The notes under the pieces were generated by a model. The model was not told the DNA's origin, searched no databases, and saw only the letters and a list, made by a program, of their open reading frames with translations. Both the position numbers and the translations under genes were made by a program. A DNA stretch of 9,992 nt from a virus (taxonomy: Duplodnaviria > Heunggongvirae > Uroviricota > Caudoviricetes): positions 1 to 9,992 of IMG/VR virus record IMGVR_UViG_2541047787_000003; one strand, written 5' to 3'. This document shows, one piece after another, positions 8,725 through 9,992 of the stretch. The first letter of the stretch is position 1. The number at the start of each line of letters is the position of its first letter.

Positions 8725-8907
8725 TATCCTTCAAGCTCTGAAGGAGGCTGTTCCCGGTACGTTCAGACTGTTGTTGAGCTGGAAATCGCAACGGAGGAAG
8801 AAACCTTGTTGCTGGAAGCCTGGAAAAAGTATCGGGTGTTGCTGAACCGTGTTGATACATCAACTGCACCTGATATTGAGTGGCCTACGAACCCTGTCAG
8901 GGAGTAA
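8725..8907 (+). pseudogene. tfa: Remnant of a tail fiber assembly (tfa) gene 3' end, with no start codon
   Basis: The 60 codons immediately after the stf stop, in the same frame, read [60 protein letters not shown]. The ...[25 protein letters not shown]... portion is the conserved C-terminal signature of Tfa-family assembly chaperones as I recall it. There is no ATG/GTG/TTG start in this frame and no N-terminal Tfa domain. Confidence 0.6.
8779..8862 (+). repeat. Direct repeat copy A (tfa 3'-end sequence), partner at 9828-9911
   Basis: ctggaaatcgcaacggaggaagaaa (8779-8803) is identical to 9828-9852. Similarity continues through ...tatcgggtgttgctgaaccgtgttgatacatca, which pairs with ...tatcgggtattgttgaatcgagttgatacatca; by eye roughly 80% identical over about 84 nt. 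Confidence 0.7.
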
Positions 8908-8921
8908 TCATTGGGATTATG

Positions 8922-8954
8922 CCGCAGCACGTCTTAAGCAAGAACGTGCTGCGG
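8922..8954. other. Strong hairpin (11-bp perfect inverted repeat) at the convergent junction between the tfa remnant and the methyltransferase gene; possible bidirectional terminator
   Basis: ccgcagcacgt (8922-8932) and acgtgctgcgg (8944-8954) are exact reverse complements around an 11-nt loop. A T-run (8965-8970) follows on the + strand but overlaps the methyltransferase codons, so it is not a canonical terminator. Confidence 0.4.
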
Positions 8955-8961
8955 TTGGATG

Positions 8962-9630
8962 CTATTTTTTCCCTGAAGCGGAAAACATTACTACAGTACC
9001 TTGAACCTTGGTTTTAACATTCTCGAAATGCTCTGAGAGTATATGTGTTAAGCCTTCTTCGGAATCTTTTGTGTTTGAAAAGATACCTTTCTGATTGTAA
9101 ATGCGCATCAGTTTTTGACCGAAGCTATTGTGCACAACTCCATCGCCAAGAATTGTGGCTCCGTATAGAGTTCCATCGTCAGTTAAGGCCTGCGCCGCAT
9201 TGCGTATTACACAGCATTTTGTAGATATATTTCCAGGCAGGCAGTGAAGAAGGTAAAACATGGAAATGGAATCAAATTGACCATGTAACGCCGCGGGATA
9301 AGGTTCAAAAACATCATGGTTAATTTTATGTTTAATTTTTGATTCCCCAGCCCTTGTAGATGCCGCGTTCAGGCTAGCTTCGTTCAAATCCATTAAAGAT
9401 ATCAGACTACTCTCAGGTACGTGAGTAAGGTAAAACCCAGTTCCAACACCAATATCCAGATGGTTGTTACCTAAATGTTCCAGAAAGTGTGGAAGAAGGT
9501 GTTCCTTTGTAGGACATCCCCATGCAAGCCGATTTGATACTCCCAAAACCCACCAGTCATAAAGCTTTAGGGTAAGTGGTGTGTAAATTTTAGCCCCATC
9601 ATCTGTGTTTTTTTTCATTAATTTCACCAT
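8962..9630 (-). CDS. Class I SAM-dependent methyltransferase, 222 aa, substrate unknown; AT-rich cargo (moron) gene
   Basis: Minus-strand ORF from ATG (9628-9630) to TAG (8962-8964). It has Rossmann-fold methyltransferase motifs: motif I HLDIGVGTGFYL (GxGxG), an acidic residue ending beta-2 (LISLMDLNEAS), and motif II FDSISMFYLLHCLPG. No DPPY/NPPY or PCQ/ENV DNA-methyltransferase motifs were seen. Composition is visibly AT-richer than I, J and lom, and orientation is opposite to the late operon. Confidence 0.75.
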   Translation of the reverse strand: MVKLMKKNTDDGAKIYTPLTLKLYDWWVLGVSNRLAWGCPTKEHLLPHFLEHLGNNHLDIGVGTGFYLTHVPESSLISLMDLNEASLNAASTRAGESKIKHKINHDVFEPYPAALHGQFDSISMFYLLHCLPGNISTKCCVIRNAAQALTDDGTLYGATILGDGVVHNSFGQKLMRIYNQKGIFSNTKDSEEGLTHILSEHFENVKTKVQGTVVMFSASGKK

Positions 9631-9659
9631 GTTATAGTTTTATTTGTGAATTAAATCAA
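9631..9659 (-). promoter_or_regulatory. Candidate sigma70-type promoter for the methyltransferase gene
   Basis: On the minus strand: TTGATT (complement of 9654-9659), a 17-nt spacer, then TATAAC (complement of 9631-9636), immediately upstream of the start. The region is AT-rich so chance matches are likely, and the leader would be very short unless the second ATG (9616-9618, giving MKKN...) is the true start. Confidence 0.25.
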
Positions 9660-9686
9660 TTATGGCGATGAATTACAAGGGGTTAA

Positions 9687-9992
9687 ATGCTGCCGCAGCA
9701 TAGCGATATTGAAATAGCATGGTATGCTTCGATACAGCAGGAGCCGAATGGCTGGAAGACCGTCACCACACAGTTCTACATCCAGGAATTCAGTGAGTAT
9801 ATTGCGCCACTGCAGGATGCTGTAGATCTGGAAATCGCAACGGAGGAAGAAAGATCGTTGCTGGAGGCATGGAATAAATATCGGGTATTGTTGAATCGAG
9901 TTGATACATCAGTAGCTCTGGGTATGAAGCTGTTTGTAACTCATGTTACAGTAACAGCCATTACTATCTCGAAGGTGCAAAATGTATATTGA
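9687..9992 (+). CDS. Small Tfa-like protein (tail fiber assembly C-terminal motif with divergent tail), 101 aa; possibly a truncated or alternative tfa
   Basis: ATG at 9687 with RBS aagggg 5-6 nt upstream; stop TGA at 9990-9992. The translation contains ...[29 protein letters not shown]..., homologous to the Tfa C-terminal signature, but then diverges ([26 protein letters not shown]) and lacks the terminal APDIEWP motif. It is too short for a full Tfa. Confidence 0.5.
   Translation: MLPQHSDIEIAWYASIQQEPNGWKTVTTQFYIQEFSEYIAPLQDAVDLEIATEEERSLLEAWNKYRVLLNRVDTSVALGMKLFVTHVTVTAITISKVQNVY
9828..9911 (+). repeat. Direct repeat copy B (tfa 3'-end sequence), partner at 8779-8862
   Basis: See copy A. 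The 25-nt core ctggaaatcgcaacggaggaagaaa is identical, with flanking similarity to ...gttgatacatca. Confidence 0.7.

Noticed and set aside
8725-8907. Possibility that the tfa fragment is expressed by TGA readthrough as a C-terminal extension of the tail fiber
   Set aside because: There is no recoding signal, and the S74 domain is normally the extreme C-terminus and is cleaved off. A recombination scar that happens to be in the same frame is the simpler explanation.
8962-9630. Interpretation of the methyltransferase as a DNA methylase of a restriction-modification or orphan Dam/Dcm type
   Set aside because: It lacks the (D/N/S)PP(Y/F/W) and PCQ/ENV catalytic motifs. At 222 aa with a generic Rossmann motif I/II arrangement it looks more like a small-molecule, RNA or protein methyltransferase. 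No adjacent restriction endonuclease ORF is present.
8725-9992. Invertible tail-fibre segment (Gin/Cin/Pin-type shufflon) with alternative tfa genes
   Set aside because: The duplicated tfa sequences are in direct, not inverted, orientation. No serine invertase gene or crossover sites were seen in the window. The intervening gene is a methyltransferase, not an alternative fiber C-terminus.

Overview
This window is the tail-tip and host-range end of a lambda-like (lambdoid) phage or prophage late operon, read left to right on the + strand: complete tail assembly gene I (1-672), host-specificity gene J (733-4212), the Ail/Lom-family outer-membrane gene lom (4281-4880) bracketed by two intrinsic terminators, and a 1259-aa chimeric side tail fiber gene (4945-8724). 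The fiber has a lambda-Stf-like N-terminus, an Ala/Ser-rich repetitive shaft, an AT-richer distal part, and a C-terminal self-cleaving intramolecular chaperone domain (peptidase S74-like, S-D-x-x-x-K motif). Directly after its stop codon lies a start-less remnant of a tail-fiber-assembly (tfa) 3' end (8725-8907). Downstream is an AT-rich, oppositely oriented 222-aa class I SAM-dependent methyltransferase (8962-9630, - strand), flanked by ~84-bp direct repeats derived from tfa 3' coding sequence, followed by a 101-aa Tfa-like small ORF (9687-9992). The methyltransferase cargo gene and the remodelled fiber/tfa junction are the most interesting parts. All homology statements come from reading the translations and recalling known families; no database search or computation was run. 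No tRNA, rRNA, CRISPR array or transposase was seen.
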